Below, piece after piece: positions 24,348 to 37,250 of a stretch of 64,000 bases of DNA (within the stretch, counting starts at the first letter, position 1; each line of letters opens with the position of its first letter). The notes beneath the pieces are model-generated. The model was not told where the DNA came from, made no database searches, and worked only from the letters and a program-made list of their open reading frames with translations. The position numbers and the translations under genes are program-made. Source of the stretch: the human T2T-CHM13v2.0 reference genome, Homo sapiens; the NCBI RefSeq assembly GCF_009914755.1, contig NC_060934.1. The stretch is one strand, 5' to 3'.

Positions 24348-27035
24348 TGTATTCATCCATTTTCATGCTGCTGATAAAGACATACCTGAGACTGGGCAAT
24401 TTACAAAAGAAAGGTTTACTTGGACTTACAGTTCCATGTGGCTGGGGAAGCCTCACAATCATGGTGGAAGGCAAAGAGGAGCAAGTCACATCTTACATAA
24501 ATAGCAGCAAGCAAAGACAGAGAGCTTGTGCAGGGGAATTCCTTTTTTTAAAACCATCAGATCTCATGAGACTTAGTCACTATCATGAGAACAGCATGAG
24601 AAAGACTTGCACCCATGATTCAATTACCTCCTACCGGGTCCCTTCGACAATATGTGGGAATTCAAGATGAGATCTGGGTGGGGACACAGCCAAACCATAT
24701 CATCCCAACCTGGCCCGTCCAAAATCTCACATCCTCACATTTCAAAGCCAATCATGCCTTCCCAACAGTCCCTCAAAGTCTTAACTCATTTCAGCATTAA
24801 CCCAAAAGCCCACAGCCCAAAGTCTCATCTGAGACAAGGCAAGTCTCTTCCACTTATGAGCCTGTAAAATCAAAAACAAGTTAGTTACTTCCTAGATACA
24901 GTGGGGGTACAGGCATTGTGTAAATACTGCCATTCCAAATGGGAGAAATCGGCCAAAACAAAGGTTCTACAGGCCCCATACAAGTCTGAAATCCAGTGGG
25001 GCAGTCAAATCTTAAAGCTCCAAAATGATCTCCTTTGACTCCATGTCTCATATCCAGGTCACGCTGATGCAAGAGGTAGGTTCCCATAGTCTTGGGCAGC
25101 TCCACCCCAAGACTTTGCAGGTGTGGCTTTGCAGGGTACAGCCTCCCTCCCAGCTGCCTTCACGGGCTGGTGTTGAGTGTCTGCATCTTTTCCATGCACA
25201 CAGTGCAAGCTATCATTGGATCTACCATCCTGGAGTCTGGAGGATTGTTGCCCTCTTCTCACAGCTCAACTAGGCAGTGCCCCAGTAGGAACTCTGTATG
25301 GGGACTCCGATCCCACATTCCCCTTCCACACTGCCTTAGCAGAGGTTCTCCATGAGAGCCCTGCCCCTGCAGCAAACTTCTGCCTGGGCATCCAGGCATT
25401 TCCAAGCATCTTCTGAAATCTAGGCAGAGGTTCCCATACCTCAATTCTTGACTTTTGTGCACTCGCAGGCTCAACACCATGTGGAAGCTGCCAAGACTTG
25501 AGGCTTGCACCCTCTGAAGCCATGGCCTGAGCTTGACACTGGCTCCTTTCAGCTACAGCTGGAGTGGCTGGGACACAGGGCACCAAGTCCCTAGGCTGCA
25601 CACAGCACGGGGACCCTGGGCCTGGCCCACAAAAACACCTTTTCCTCCTAGACCTCCAGCCCTGTGATGAGAGGGACTGTCACAAAGGTCTCTGACATGC
25701 CCTGGAGATATTTTCCTCATTGTCTTGGTGATTAACATTCAGCTCCTCGTTACTTGAAAAAAATTTTTTATTTTTATTTTTTACACTTTAAGTTCTAGGA
25801 TACATGTGCAGAACATGCAGGTTTTTTACATAGGTATACATGTGTCATGGTGGTTTGCTGCACTCATCAACCCATCATCTAGGTTTTAAGCCCTGCATGC
25901 ATTAGGTATTTCTCCTAATGCTATTACTCCCCTTGCCCCCCACCCTCCAACATGCCCAGGTGTGTGATATTCCCCTCCCTGTGTCTATGTGTTCTCATTG
26001 TTCAACTCCCACTTATGAGTGAGAACATGCAGTATTTGGTTTTCTGTTCCTGTGTTAGTTTGCTGAGAATGATGGTTTCCAGCTTCATCCTTGTTACTTT
26101 TGCAAATTTCTGTAGCCGGCTTCAATTTCTCCTCAGAAAATGGGTTTTTCTTTTCTATCACATTGTCAGACTGCAAATTATTTGAATGTTTATGCTCTGC
26201 TTCCCTTATAAAACTGAATGCCTTTAACAGCACCCAAGTCACCTCTTGAATGCTTTGCTGCTTAGAAATTTCTTCCACCAGATACCCTAAATCATTGCTC
26301 TCAAGTTCAAAGTTCCAAAAATCTCCTCCAATTTGGGGCATATGGGGTACCAATTTGGGGGGTACCAGAGCAGGGGCAGAATGCCGCCATTCTCTTTGCT
26401 AAAACATAACAAGAGTCACCTTTGCTCCAGTTCTCAAAAAGTTTCTCATCTCCATCTGAGACCACCTCAGTCTGGATCTTATTGTCCATATCAATATCAG
26501 GCTTCTGGTCAAAGCCATTCAACAAGTCTCTAAGAAGTTCCAAACTTTCCCACATTTTGCTGTCTTCTTCTGAGCCCTCCAAACTATTCGAACCTCTGCC
26601 TGTTACCCAGTTCCAAAGTTGATGCCACATTTTTGGGTATCTTTTCAGCAGCACCCTACTCTACTGGTACCAAATTACTCTATTAGTCCATTTTCATGCT
26701 GCTGATAAAGACATACTCGAGACTGGGCAATTTACAACAGAAAGAGGTTTAATTGAACTTACAGTTCCATGTAGCTGGGGAAGCCTCGCAATCATGGCAG
26801 AAGGCAAGGAGGAGCAAGTCACATCTTACATGGATGGCAGCAGGCAAAGATAGAGAGCTTGTTCAGAGGAACTCCTCTTTTTAAAACCATCAGCTATCAT
26901 GAGACTTATTCACTATCAGGAGAACAGCATGAGAAAGACTTGAACCCATGATTCAGTTACCTCCCACCGAGTCCCTCCCACAACATGTGGGAATTCGAGA
27001 TGAGATTTGGGTGAGAACACAGCCAAAAAATATCA
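24348..27035 (-). mobile_element. Full-length THE1 (THE1B-like) MaLR: LTR 26679-27035, internal region, LTR 24348-24702; TSD TACAC
   Basis: Two homologous ~355-bp LTRs flank THE1-int; TACAC at 24343-24347 and 27036-27040. Confidence 0.93.
25756..26087 (-). mobile_element. Short L1PA (L1PA7/8-like) 3' end inserted in THE1-int
   Basis: Reverse L1PA 3'UTR; TSD TCCTYGTTACTT at 25744-25755 and 26088-26099. Confidence 0.88.
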
Positions 27036-27113
27036 TACACCCAGAATAACATTTAACCACGTATCTGGGCAACCCATGGCCCAATGAAATTGACACATAA
27101 AATTAGTCATCAC

Positions 27114-28265
27114 AATTCTACCCTGTGTCTACTTGACTGTGATTTAAAGACAAATAGTATATCTGTAAAGTGTGTATCACACTTAATTTCCAAATAAAGA
27201 CAAGAAAATAACAAGGGCATTATTTCACCTAACATGTTACAATTATCCTGCATACAACAAAAAAAAGTAATAACCCTTTCCCCATAAGAGAGGTAAATCC
27301 TTGAATGATGTTTACTTCTCCTCTTGATATATTGTAACTTAAATACTTGATGTAAAATTATCAATACTTAAATACTATGATATAAAGTCAATATATATTA
27401 TGTTACAGATAAAGAAATAAGAAAGGAAAGAAAACAAATATTATATACACACACAAAAATATATTCATAACAAAATAAGGAGGAAATATTCATGATAATT
27501 ACAGTCCTCATTTCTGTAACTGTTTACATGGTCGTTGCTGGTGTTTATAACTATTTTCTTCCACTACTCATTCTGTATTCCCTTTGCTTTCAGCATATAT
27601 CACAGATGACCATGGTTCTTTACTTGGTGGAGTGACCTAAACCTTCATTCCTGAAGTATCTGAGCCATTGGTAGCTCCTGTCTGAACTGGGTTGTTGTAG
27701 TTTTCCACTGACCTTAATCACAGGGCATGGTAATACTAAGAGATGCCCTAAGAGATCTCCAATATTTCAGACAGACTCTTCCTTACTCCATTGTGTAACA
27801 GCAGTTGAATTTCCCTTTGGCAGTGAGGATCAGTCACCCCAACCAGCATAGTAACTCCCATCTTTGCCTGTTGATTCAGAGGCATGAAGAACCCACAGTG
27901 ACTGGGTAGTCTTAACTGTTGTGTCTCCCAGTAGAAACATTCTTTCATCTGAAACTAAGACTTGACAGCATGCACAGCATAAGGTCACAGAAACAGGAAG
28001 TAAAAGTTTTGCTGTGGGTCACTAGGGGTAATAATGAATGGTGCCACTCTCATTTCTACCCCCTGACTCTGGGCCCATGAAACCTGGCTATGGGAGAAGG
28101 AGCACCTTTAATGAATGCTGATTCAGAGCATATAGAGCTTCCCAGAAAATGCTTCCCCAACCCTACAAGGCATTGCCACCTAGATGGTGTTGTAACTGAG
28201 TCTTCAAAAGGCCATCCCACTGTTCTAAACCAGCTGCTTCTGAATGGTGGGAAACATGGTAAAAC
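27114..28265 (-). mobile_element. ERVL internal remnant (integrase C-terminus and dUTPase)
   Basis: Minus-strand translation gives LRLPSHCGFFMPLNQQAKMGVTMLVGVTDPHCQREIQLLLHNG (ERVL dUTPase-like) and HHSEAAGL..WDGLLKTQL (integrase-like). It is contiguous with the MLT2 LTR. Confidence 0.85.
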
Positions 28266-28429
28266 CAGTGATGTGCTAGCCCCTGTGCCCCTCCTCTGGG
28301 CTCTGCTCCAAGAGCTCTGCCCAACCAGCACTACGCCAGATTTCAGGACCTGTGTGGGTTGCCTCCTCCCTGCATCTGTCCTCTAGATGTGGATGTGGCT
28401 GGAGCTTGGCCGTGAGGACCTAGAGCCCC

Positions 28430-28701
28430 TGAGAGTGTGGGGAAGACTTGGAAGAGTAGTGACCCATGGCCTGGGGCTAAAAGTGCATAAATTCCAAAGA
28501 GTTAGAATTATCATTTCACATTTAATCTTCCAGGAGGTTATGAAGGTACATTTACCAAGGTAAGAAGACAGACATATCTAAAGAGATTTTTATTTAAAGC
28601 CTGATGGCTTGACTCATAACTTTTAAATATTTAGACCTAACATACGTGGGCCTCCACTTGCATTCTTTGCCCTGGGTCCTGCAAATGTTAGAGAGGGCCT
28701 G
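28430..28701. mobile_element. hAT-Tip100-like (MER115/Zaphod-type) fragment
   Basis: Terminus ttgccctgggtcctgcaaatgttagagagggcctg resembles Tip100 ends. Confidence 0.45.
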
Positions 28702-29070
28702 TTCCTTTACTGGAGCTGTCAGCTCTGGATTCCCTGTGGTCTATCCTGCCCTGCTTCTTTATAACGTCAACACATCTTTGATCTCCTCACTCCACCTTCC
28801 TCACTCTACCTCAGCCATCTACTCCTGTGTTCATAACTCAATCTTTGTCATTACAAGGAAATTTTGCTGTACTATCTGCAAAACTTACATCTCAAACATC
28901 CTAGGCTCAGACCAGCCACTGACTCATATTTGTCCAGCTTATTCCCTCAAGTTACCCAACCCTGACAATTTTTTGTGCTCATCAAGACCTCCCATCCATG
29001 ATCCATGAACCCTACCACTTTTCCACTGTTCTGTACTTCTCTCACTCTCCAGCTTAGAGTTCATGGTCCA

Positions 29071-29390
29071 TGTGTCAGGAACTCCTCCTAAGCATGCACA
29101 AGCATCTGTTTTCCCCTTCCTCCTGGGCACACATCCAGACCACACTTCCCAGCCTCCCTTGCAGCTAGGTGGAGTCATGTGACAGAGTTCCAGCCAATGG
29201 GACATGAGTAGATAGGATGTGTGCACAGGAGGGGGATTCAGAATGGCAGTGATGATAACCACAGTGACCTTGGAAGCCTGGGACCCTAACTTGCACCCAC
29301 CTAGAACATTTTCCCTGGGGTATTAAGGAAAAGGAAATCTATTTAATCTGAGCCATTGCATTTTGTTACATCAGCTGCATTCCTATATCG
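29071..29390 (+). mobile_element. MLT1I/J-like LTR
   Basis: cttcccagcctcccttgcagctaggtggagtcatgtgacagagttccagccaatgg. Confidence 0.65.
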
Positions 29391-29439
29391 CCTCACTGAA
29401 ATCACTCCCCTGCATGTAGCCAGGAGGGCAAGCACCAAC

Positions 29440-29660
29440 GTGGCACAGGGTTAAGAGCAGGGATTGTCCAACCAAGACCACCTGGGTCATATTCTGGCTC
29501 CACAACATACTGGCTGTGCTATCTGAGCAAGTTATTTCTCCTCTGTGCCTCTGTTTCCTCACCCGTAAAATGGAGATGATAATGGAACCTACTCCTAGAT
29601 CCGTTTGAGACCCACAGGTCTGGTAAGCAAGTACTGTAGAACAATGAGACCCTGCCTGCC
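29440..29660 (+). mobile_element. MIR SINE
   Basis: gagcaagttatttctcctctgtgcctctgtttcctcacccgtaaaatggagatgataat. Confidence 0.75.
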
Positions 29661-29759
29661 ACAGTGAACGCTATATATCTGCCACCACTGCATCTGCTCT
29701 CAACCCCACTGCTTCTCTCACACTTAACTGGGGCAGGGGGACCAAATTCTAGTTAAATT

Positions 29760-31915
29760 CAGGTTTCCCCTCCTCCTGTTTGTGTCCAAGCAGCTGAGCC
29801 ATGTTGAAGAATGTCACAAACCCCTGCTGTGCTGCCTCATCTTGCTCCCCACTCATGGCTGCAGCCCACTGGTGGCCCTCGCACCTCCTAGCTGTCCCTC
29901 TGCATGTCTCTTCAGTTCTCCCAGGCTGCAGCCATGCCTTCTCCTTGCCCGATGCTGAGCGGTAACCTCATGCCTCACTGAGGAAGGAGAAGCTGTCAGA
30001 GGAGAACTCCTTTGTGCTCCCACATTAAACCCACGTACCTCCCTGTGTTCCCTTATCTGTTCCCTTATCTGTTCCCTTATCTGTGTTCCCTTATCACCTC
30101 TCTCCTGGTTCTTCTCAAATTAGGCTCCTCCTGCCCCCAAAAGCACTGAAAGGACTCTGTCTAGGATGCTAAATCCAAGAGTCAGTCTCAATTCTCATTT
30201 TCCCTGACCTGCTAGCAGCATTGGATCAGCCCTGTTTCCTCACAACGCTTTATTTCTTTGGCTTCTAGAACGAACGCTCCTGTCTTTATACCCCGCTGGC
30301 CACTCTGTCTTCTCACCTGCTTCCTCCCGCACTGCCCTCTAAACATGGGATTCCTGGGAGTTTCTTCCTCAGCCTCTTCTCTTCCCTTTCTATCCCCACT
30401 CCTCCCCGACATTCAGCAAGTCCCATGGTTTTAGTTACCATCATAGGCAATAATCCCAAATTCAGATTTACAAAGAGCACCTGTCTCTCCAATTTAAACT
30501 CTGGATTCTTTTGACCAACTGCCCACATGTCTTCACTTCCTGAGGTCTAATAGGAAACTTAAATTTAAGCATATCTGAAAGAGAATTGTTGATTTTCAAA
30601 TCGTCTCTCCCACCAAAAAGAAACCCTTGCTCCCTCCTCAATTTAATTATCTCAATAAATGTTCTTACCATAAACCTAATTTCCCATGCCAAAAAACAAA
30701 ACAAAACAAAAAAAACAGCCACCCTTGACTCCCCTGGGTCCTTACATCACATCAATTGGCAGGTTTTGCTTAAAACATCTGACGCTCCTCACCATCCCTC
30801 TTCACCCTCCCCTGGGACTATCATTCCCCCGCCTGAACCACTGAGGGAGTTTCCTGGCTAGTCCTGCTCTAATGATTGATGACCCAGCCTATTCCCCACT
30901 CAGCAGTCAAGCTGTCCTTCGAAAACCAAAGGCAGATCGTGCAATCCCCTTGTTCAGGACCTATCTGTGGGTGCCCACTGATCGCCTGTGATCTAACCCT
31001 GGTTAGATCTAGTCCCTCCCTCCTTGGTGTCCCCTGCTCCAGTCACACTGGTATTCTTCCAAGGTCCCAGTTTGTTCCAGGGCTTTGCATGTGCTGTTTC
31101 CCCTGCCTGGAGATCTTCATCTGCTATGATGTCACTTCATTCAGGCCTCTGTCCGAACGCTGCCTCTTTAGAAAGTCTGTGTTCCTTCATCAGGCTGGGT
31201 CCCCTTGCCTCTATTAGTCCCCTTTATAGCAATTACTGGTTTTTACTTTAATACTATGTATTTATTTCTCATTTATTTTCTATCTCCCTACTGACAAATA
31301 TTAGCTAACCGATGGCTGGGACCATATCCATCTTGCTTCCTGCTTGTGGCAGGATGTTTTCAGCTGCATGTGACAGATGAAGCAATGAAAAGTGATTTAG
31401 ACAATCAAGGATATCTGTGTCCCCACATAAATGCACATTCAGCAGCTCAGCAACATCAGAGCCTGGGGTTGACATTTGTTCTTCTCACACCAAAGAATGG
31501 CTGCTGCAGCTCCAGCCTTCACATCCAACTCAACCATGTCAGAAGGAAGAGAAAGGACTTTGATCTTCACATCTGTTTAGAATCTTCCAGAATCCCTAGT
31601 CAGCTTCCCCTTTTATATCCCTGGCCAGACAAGATCAAGGGCCCACCCCTAAACCCAAGTAGAAGAGGATGAGCACAGTTGGCTCTGATCAGTCATGATT
31701 TCTCCCTGGACGGGAGGACGAACTCAGCTTCCTAGAGCACGCACTCCCTGATGGGTTCACAAAATGAGACCCTGAGATCAAGGAGGAAAAGGGTGTGTGG
31801 CTATTAGGTGACAAATCCGGAATGATTGTCTCAATTCTGTACCCCCTGCACCTAGAACAGGGCCTGACTCAGAGCAGATGCTTGATAAATGCATGCTGAT
31901 TGGATGGTAGAATAT
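29760..31915 (+). mobile_element. L2 LINE (fragmented), interrupted by an old MLT1-type LTR at ~31345-31810
   Basis: L2 ORF2/3' motifs (aatctcattttccctgacctgctagcagcattgga; cagggctttgcatgtgctgtttcccctgcctgga; cctagaacagggcctgac). Confidence 0.65.
30043..30095. repeat. Tandem repeat CTG(TG)TTCCCTTAT x4
   Basis: Units of 14, 12, 12 and 14 bp are directly visible. Confidence 0.9.
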
Positions 31916-32022
31916 TTGTGCCTTTACAGAGGAGAGGTGTCAGAGGGAGCAGGACCAGAAATAATGTGCTGTAACTCAGGCCCACTAAGTGTCAAGGTTT
32001 TTGCATGCAGTACATGAATCCA

Positions 32023-32024
32023 AA

Positions 32025-32080
<56 letters not shown>
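32023..32080. repeat. (CA)n microsatellite
   Basis: Directly visible. Confidence 0.97.
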
Positions 32081-32083
<3 letters not shown>

Positions 32084-32089
32084 GGAAGC

Positions 32090-32210
32090 AGGGAGTATTA
32101 TCCTGATTTTACAGATTAAGAAATTGAGGTACAGGGAAGTCAAATAATTTTCCCAAGGACCCATAGCTGTAAAAGATGGTAAAGTTAGGATTTGAACCCC
32201 AAACAGTCTG
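32090..32210 (-). mobile_element. MIR SINE
   Basis: attatcctgattttacagattaagaaattgagg...ggatttgaacccc. Confidence 0.75.
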
Positions 32211-34872
32211 TTTCTTCCCCTAGAAGAACCAATGCTAGTGAAAGCCTTGGAGAGGTAGAGGGTAGTTCTTTCTTTGAAGTGAGAGGGAGGGAGAAAGTGT
32301 GGAAAATGTTCAGGTCCAAGGGGAGAATGTGGACAATCTCATGTCAGATGGCCCCAGTCTTTTCAGTAAGTCACCCTCAGAGTCACCTGCTGATGAGTAG
32401 GATGAAGCTCAGACAGAAGTGGAAATGGATTGGCATGAACACGGGGAGGACGGAGATGGTGACCAGGCGGAGAGGAACAGTGGAGATGGTAAGCAGCCAG
32501 TGAGCCCCACAGCTGGGGCTGTGCAGAGGATCAGAGAATCAGGAAGACCCAGGGAGGTGGGGACAGGGGTGACTGGGACCTGGAATGAGGGAGGTACAAA
32601 TGCCAGAGGCTGGCTCAGTGCCTTGTATCTGTTCTGTTGGTGGGGGAGGGCAAGGATTTTTCAAGAGTTAAGTCTGAGCAGACCCGCTCCCAGGTTTCAA
32701 ATCTGGGGCAGATGGTGCCTGGGTAGTTATTGAAAAAGGCTGAGCAGAAAGGAGGCTTTGTGTACAAAGGAAGGAGGATCCTGCTAAACACCAGTGAAGG
32801 GGCTGGACCCCAGCCAGACAGTGCTTGGCAGGACAGGCCTGGGCTGAACTGGATCGTATGTGACCAGAAAGGACAGGGAGTCCAGGGAGCTGGGGAAGAA
32901 GACAGAGCCAACTGAGACTGGCAGACCAGCCAGAAACAGCAGGGGCGGGACCTGGGACCTGGGCTTTACTTAACAGCCCCAGGGCTGTAGGGCTACAGTT
33001 CAACTTCTGCAGAGCTCGCCTGTCAAGTACAAGGGCAGCTGACAAACGTGTGTGGTTTGAGATGACTTGACCTTGGTTGGTATTTCTACTACCTGCTTAG
33101 ATAACATCTGGGCACTGTTTTTCTAAGAACTGCAACTGAAAAGGAAAGCACACACTTTACTAAGATTCCCACGGCCAGGTCCGTGGGCCAGGCCTGGAAG
33201 CCACAAGGAGGAGGCTGAGGGAGGTTCTCCTGGTGGGAGGAGGACTGCCCACCTCCGGCTCAGACGCTGTGGGTACAGACACCTGCCCCTGCCACGTTGG
33301 CTCAGGTGGCTGCCTTTGCAGGTACAATGAGCTTATGAACAGCTCTGGCCCAGGTGGAGGAAGAGACAAATCTGGCGCTCAGAGAAAAAGCAGCAGTGAG
33401 TTGGGGCCAGAATCACTGATCCACTGAGACAGGCCGTGGAGACAGAGGCACACATGGAGCCTGCAGGAAGAAGAGCAGGAGGAGTCAGACACAGGGCAAG
33501 GTCGCCCAAGGCAAAGCTTGTAGACACTGAGCACCTACGGCCTTTCTTCTCGTGGCAACACATTCCAGTTGCTGACAAAGTTCTAGGAAGAAACGAATGA
33601 TCTCTCCGGCACCCAGCTGAAAAAGGAAGTGCAAAGTTTGGGAAAGGGGCCCATTCTTGGGTGATTTATCTACCATTGAAGAAGGGGCCTTAAGGAGGGC
33701 ACATCCTTTGTCCTGGCTCCTTCCACATCACAGGGGGCAGGAGAGCCTCTGGATGTGTCCAGTTGCAAAGCAGCTGAGGCTGGCGATCTTCCCGTGATTT
33801 CTCACTCAAGTATTTGCCCTAACCAACAAGATGGCTTTAATCCATAAATGGCCCACAATGGGTTTGTCTCACATGCACTCGGTGCTGCCTGGGCTCCTGT
33901 TGGGTCATGAGGTGAGAACACGGTGCCCTGCCCCCTCGCCCTGCTGCAGTGCCACACGCATAGCCACCCTGCCCACCCTCCTTGCTCCTTCCCACCCTCC
34001 GCCTGCCCACCTGTCAGAGAAACTCTGCCTCCCCATGTCTCTCGGCTCCTGCGGTGGCCTCCCTTCTCCCTAACTCTTCTGTTACACAAACTGAGGCTGG
34101 ACCTGAAAGCACACAACAACAATGCCATTTATCCCCATCGTTCAATCAGTCATTCATCTCTCCCACTACTCACGGGACCCTGGGCAAGTGACTTAACCTG
34201 TTTGTTAACATGGAATGATTGTGAGAATTAAATGAACAAATACATGGCCATCCATGGCATATTTTACATGTTCAATATGAGTTCATTGTTATCACTATTG
34301 ATGTTTTCATTATAGTCTATGTTATCACTTATCCAAACATTTACTGAAATCAGCTGTGTGTCAGGTACACTCTACAGAGTATGGGAGGAAGAACGGCCAA
34401 GGAGGCCCATGTTTCAGCAGCTCCGCACTGGAATGGTCTGAACACCGCCCCTCTGTCTGTACTTCAATGGGCCACTTCCTGTAAAGAAAAAAATTCTTAT
34501 CCAATAAAGCATTTCTTTGCAGAAGTCTAGAAATCCTTTGTATTCTCTTGGGTCATGACCTCTCTGTCAATATGATTTCTTCCCCTGGGTTAAAGGACTC
34601 TGCCAAACATGGGGAGCAGGCCATAATGAGAGATGGGGTGGTATGCATTGTCTGGGATGCTTTTCTTTGCCTTTGTCAAGTTGCAGAGAAGAAAGGCCTT
34701 CCGAGAACAGGGACAAGGCAGTCCCCTATCCCACAATGCAGACATGACGCCGCTGCATCTTCTGGTGACCACACCACCTCGTGGTCACCACTGGAACTCC
34801 ACCCAACCTCCTAAAATGTGAAATTCAGCTGCAGTCCTTCTGTCAGAGTGACCTTGAGGACTACTTGGTGAG

Positions 34873-35250
34873 TGATATGGTTTGGATTTGTGTCCCCGCC
34901 CAAATCTCATGTCCAGTTGTAATCCCCAATGCTGGAGGAGGGGGCCTGGTGGGAGGTGACTGGATCACCGGGCAGATTTCTCCCTTGCTGTTTGCATGAT
35001 AGTGAGTGAGCTCTCACGAGATCTAGTTGTTTAAAAATGTGCAGCACCTCCCCCTTTGCCCTTTTCCTCCTGTCCCTGTTATGTAAGACATGCCTGCTTC
35101 CCCTTCACCTTCTGCCATGATTGTAAGTTTCCTGAGGCCTCCCCAGCCATGCTTCCTGTACAGCCTGTGTGAGCCAATTAAACCTCTTTTCTTTATAAAC
35201 TACCCAGTCTCAGGTATTTCTTTACAGCAGTGTGAGGACAGACTACTACA
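34873..35250 (+). mobile_element. MST (MSTA-like) MaLR solo LTR, TSD GTGAG/GTGAA
   Basis: TGATATGGTTTGG...cccagtctcaggtatttcttt...ACTACTACA termini. Confidence 0.88.
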
Positions 35251-35319
35251 GTGAACAACACTGCCTAATTGAGGCAAACATTCTTAGAAATGAAAAAGGA
35301 AAACAACCCACTCCTCGGA

Positions 35320-35530
35320 AGACAGTATGTAATAGTGGTTCGAGCCAGATTGGAGTTTCACCTCCAGACGAATGAGCTGGGTGGCCTTGGGCACATTACA
35401 CAGCCTGTCTAAACCAGTTTCCTCATCTGAACTGGAGTCATAATAATGCCTATCTCATAACGTCGATATGAGGACGGCATGAAGTTCCGGATGTGTGGTC
35501 TCATACATGGCCAGTTAGTACCTGCCACCC
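35320..35530 (+). mobile_element. MIR SINE
   Basis: ggccttgggcacattac...cagtttcctcatctg core. Confidence 0.65.
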
Positions 35531-36173
35531 GAGCATCCTCTGTCTCCTCCTGCCCACCCCCTGCCACTGGATTCAGTGTCAGGAGTGCAAAGTCCATTCA
35601 CACACAAGCCCCGTCTTGCTTGGGTCCATGAAAGCTGATGTTTCCCACACATTTCTGGAACCACCAAATAAAGTCCACACATAGCCGCAAATCAGTCCCA
35701 ATCATGACTCCCATAGCTGGAGGGCCATACACACTGCACATGTCACATCTGCCTGCCTCTAAAGGGCCACCTGAATGGGGACATGGTGACAGCTTTATGG
35801 CAAAAGGTGGCCACACAAATTCCTCCCATCCCTGTACACTGTGCCCTTTGCTGAGAGGTTCTGGACACTGATGCTCTGGCCCTCTCAGGATTATAAGCAC
35901 TACCTCAGGCTGGAAAGGAGTCCCTCCTTCACTCTGCTGTGCCCAGTCAGGAGAGCACTGCCAAGCCTCACTGGGACCCATTGTGTCACAGAGCAATAGA
36001 GGTTCTCCATCCCCACACAATTGCTTTCCTTCCTTGAAGTGGGTTTGAAGTGCTAGCTGCATGACATCTTCAGAGCCAGCATCCCATCAGGCACCTGATC
36101 CAGAACCCTGCTAACTCGCTCTGTCTGTTCCTTTTTTTCCTGGCCCCAGTGAATGCCAATTGAGGATAGACTT

Positions 36174-36677
36174 TGTATCAGTTATCTATCTATTACCAGG
36201 AAACAAATGGCTATAAAGTTAGTTGGCTTAACACAACAACCACTTTATTTGTTCATGACCCTGTGGGTCAGCTTAGCTGGGTGGTTTCTCTCGGGTGACT
36301 CATGTGGTTCCAGGAATCGTCTGATGGTTTGATGAGGGCCTGAGGGTCCAGGTGGCCTCCCTTACATGTCTGAGAGTTGGTGTCAACTGTCAGTCAAGTC
36401 TTTTTATCTCCTTGTGTCTCTCATCTTCCATATGGTGACTGCAGCTTTCCTAGAGGACAGAGGTGGGAGCTGTAAGGCCTCTGGGGGGCCTAGAGTCAGA
36501 AGTCACACGGTGCTACTTCTGCTTTCTAACTGGCTAAGGCAAGTCCCATGAACAGCCCAGATTCAAAGGAAATAAAGTCCACCTCTTGATGGGTTGACAG
36601 CAAAGTTACATTTCAGAGGAAGCTCACACAGGGATAGAGTGACATTTTGCAGCCATCTTTGCAAGCAGTCTCCCACA
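36174..36677 (-). mobile_element. MLT1 (MLT1F/G/H-like) LTR
   Basis: tgtatcagttatct...ggcttaacacaacaacc...cagcccagattcaaagg...ccacctcttgatggg...tctcccaca. Confidence 0.72.
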
Positions 36678-36908
36678 TAGTGGTGGGGTTTTTTGTTTAT
36701 TCTACCTCAGTTGGCTCCTCATCCTTCCTGGAAATCAGTGAATGTAAGTTACTACTCCAGGGTGGAGGAGCAGAAGGACTTCAACACCAAATGCATCTGT
36801 ATGTTTCTTTCCCCCCTCACCTCTTGTCTTTGTCTTACTTCTGCCCCATTTCCCACAAGTGTGTGCTGCTTGGATCCTTTCTTTCCTTCTAACCTTAAAG
36901 ACAAACAT

Positions 36909-36909
36909 T

Positions 36910-36977
<68 letters not shown>

Positions 36978-36981
36978 TCCT

Positions 36982-37045
<64 letters not shown>

Positions 37046-37047
37046 TT
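36909..37047. repeat. (TTTC)n tetranucleotide microsatellite, one TTCC interruption
   Basis: Directly visible, ~135 bp. Confidence 0.97.
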
Positions 37048-37250
37048 TAAAGAAGGTTCTTACTCTGTCTCCCAGGCCAGAGCACAGTGGCACAATCATG
37101 GTTCACTGCAGCCTCAAGCTCTCAGGCTCAAGCAATCCTCCCACCTCAGCTCCCAAGTAGCTGGGACTACAGGCATGCACCACCATGACAAGCTAATTTT
37201 TATTTTTATTTCATGTAGAGATAGGGCCTCACTTTGTTGCCCAGGTTGGG
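36913..37250 (-). mobile_element. 5'-truncated AluJ whose tail became (AAAG)n; 16-bp TSD
   Basis: TSD AAAGACAAACATTTCT at 36897-36912 and 37251-37266. Confidence 0.9.

Larger units (their letters stand above)
23965..27113 (-). mobile_element. MLT2 3' LTR of an ERVL provirus, split by the THE1 element (LTR pieces ~23965-24347 and 27036-27113)
   Basis: ccagagaaacagaaccaa...ctgcaagctggagacccagg on the left; ttgacacataaaattagtcatcaca on the right. Confidence 0.82.

Noticed and set aside
36693-37160. ORFs with FFLS / KKER repeats
   Set aside because: Translations of the (TTTC)n microsatellite.
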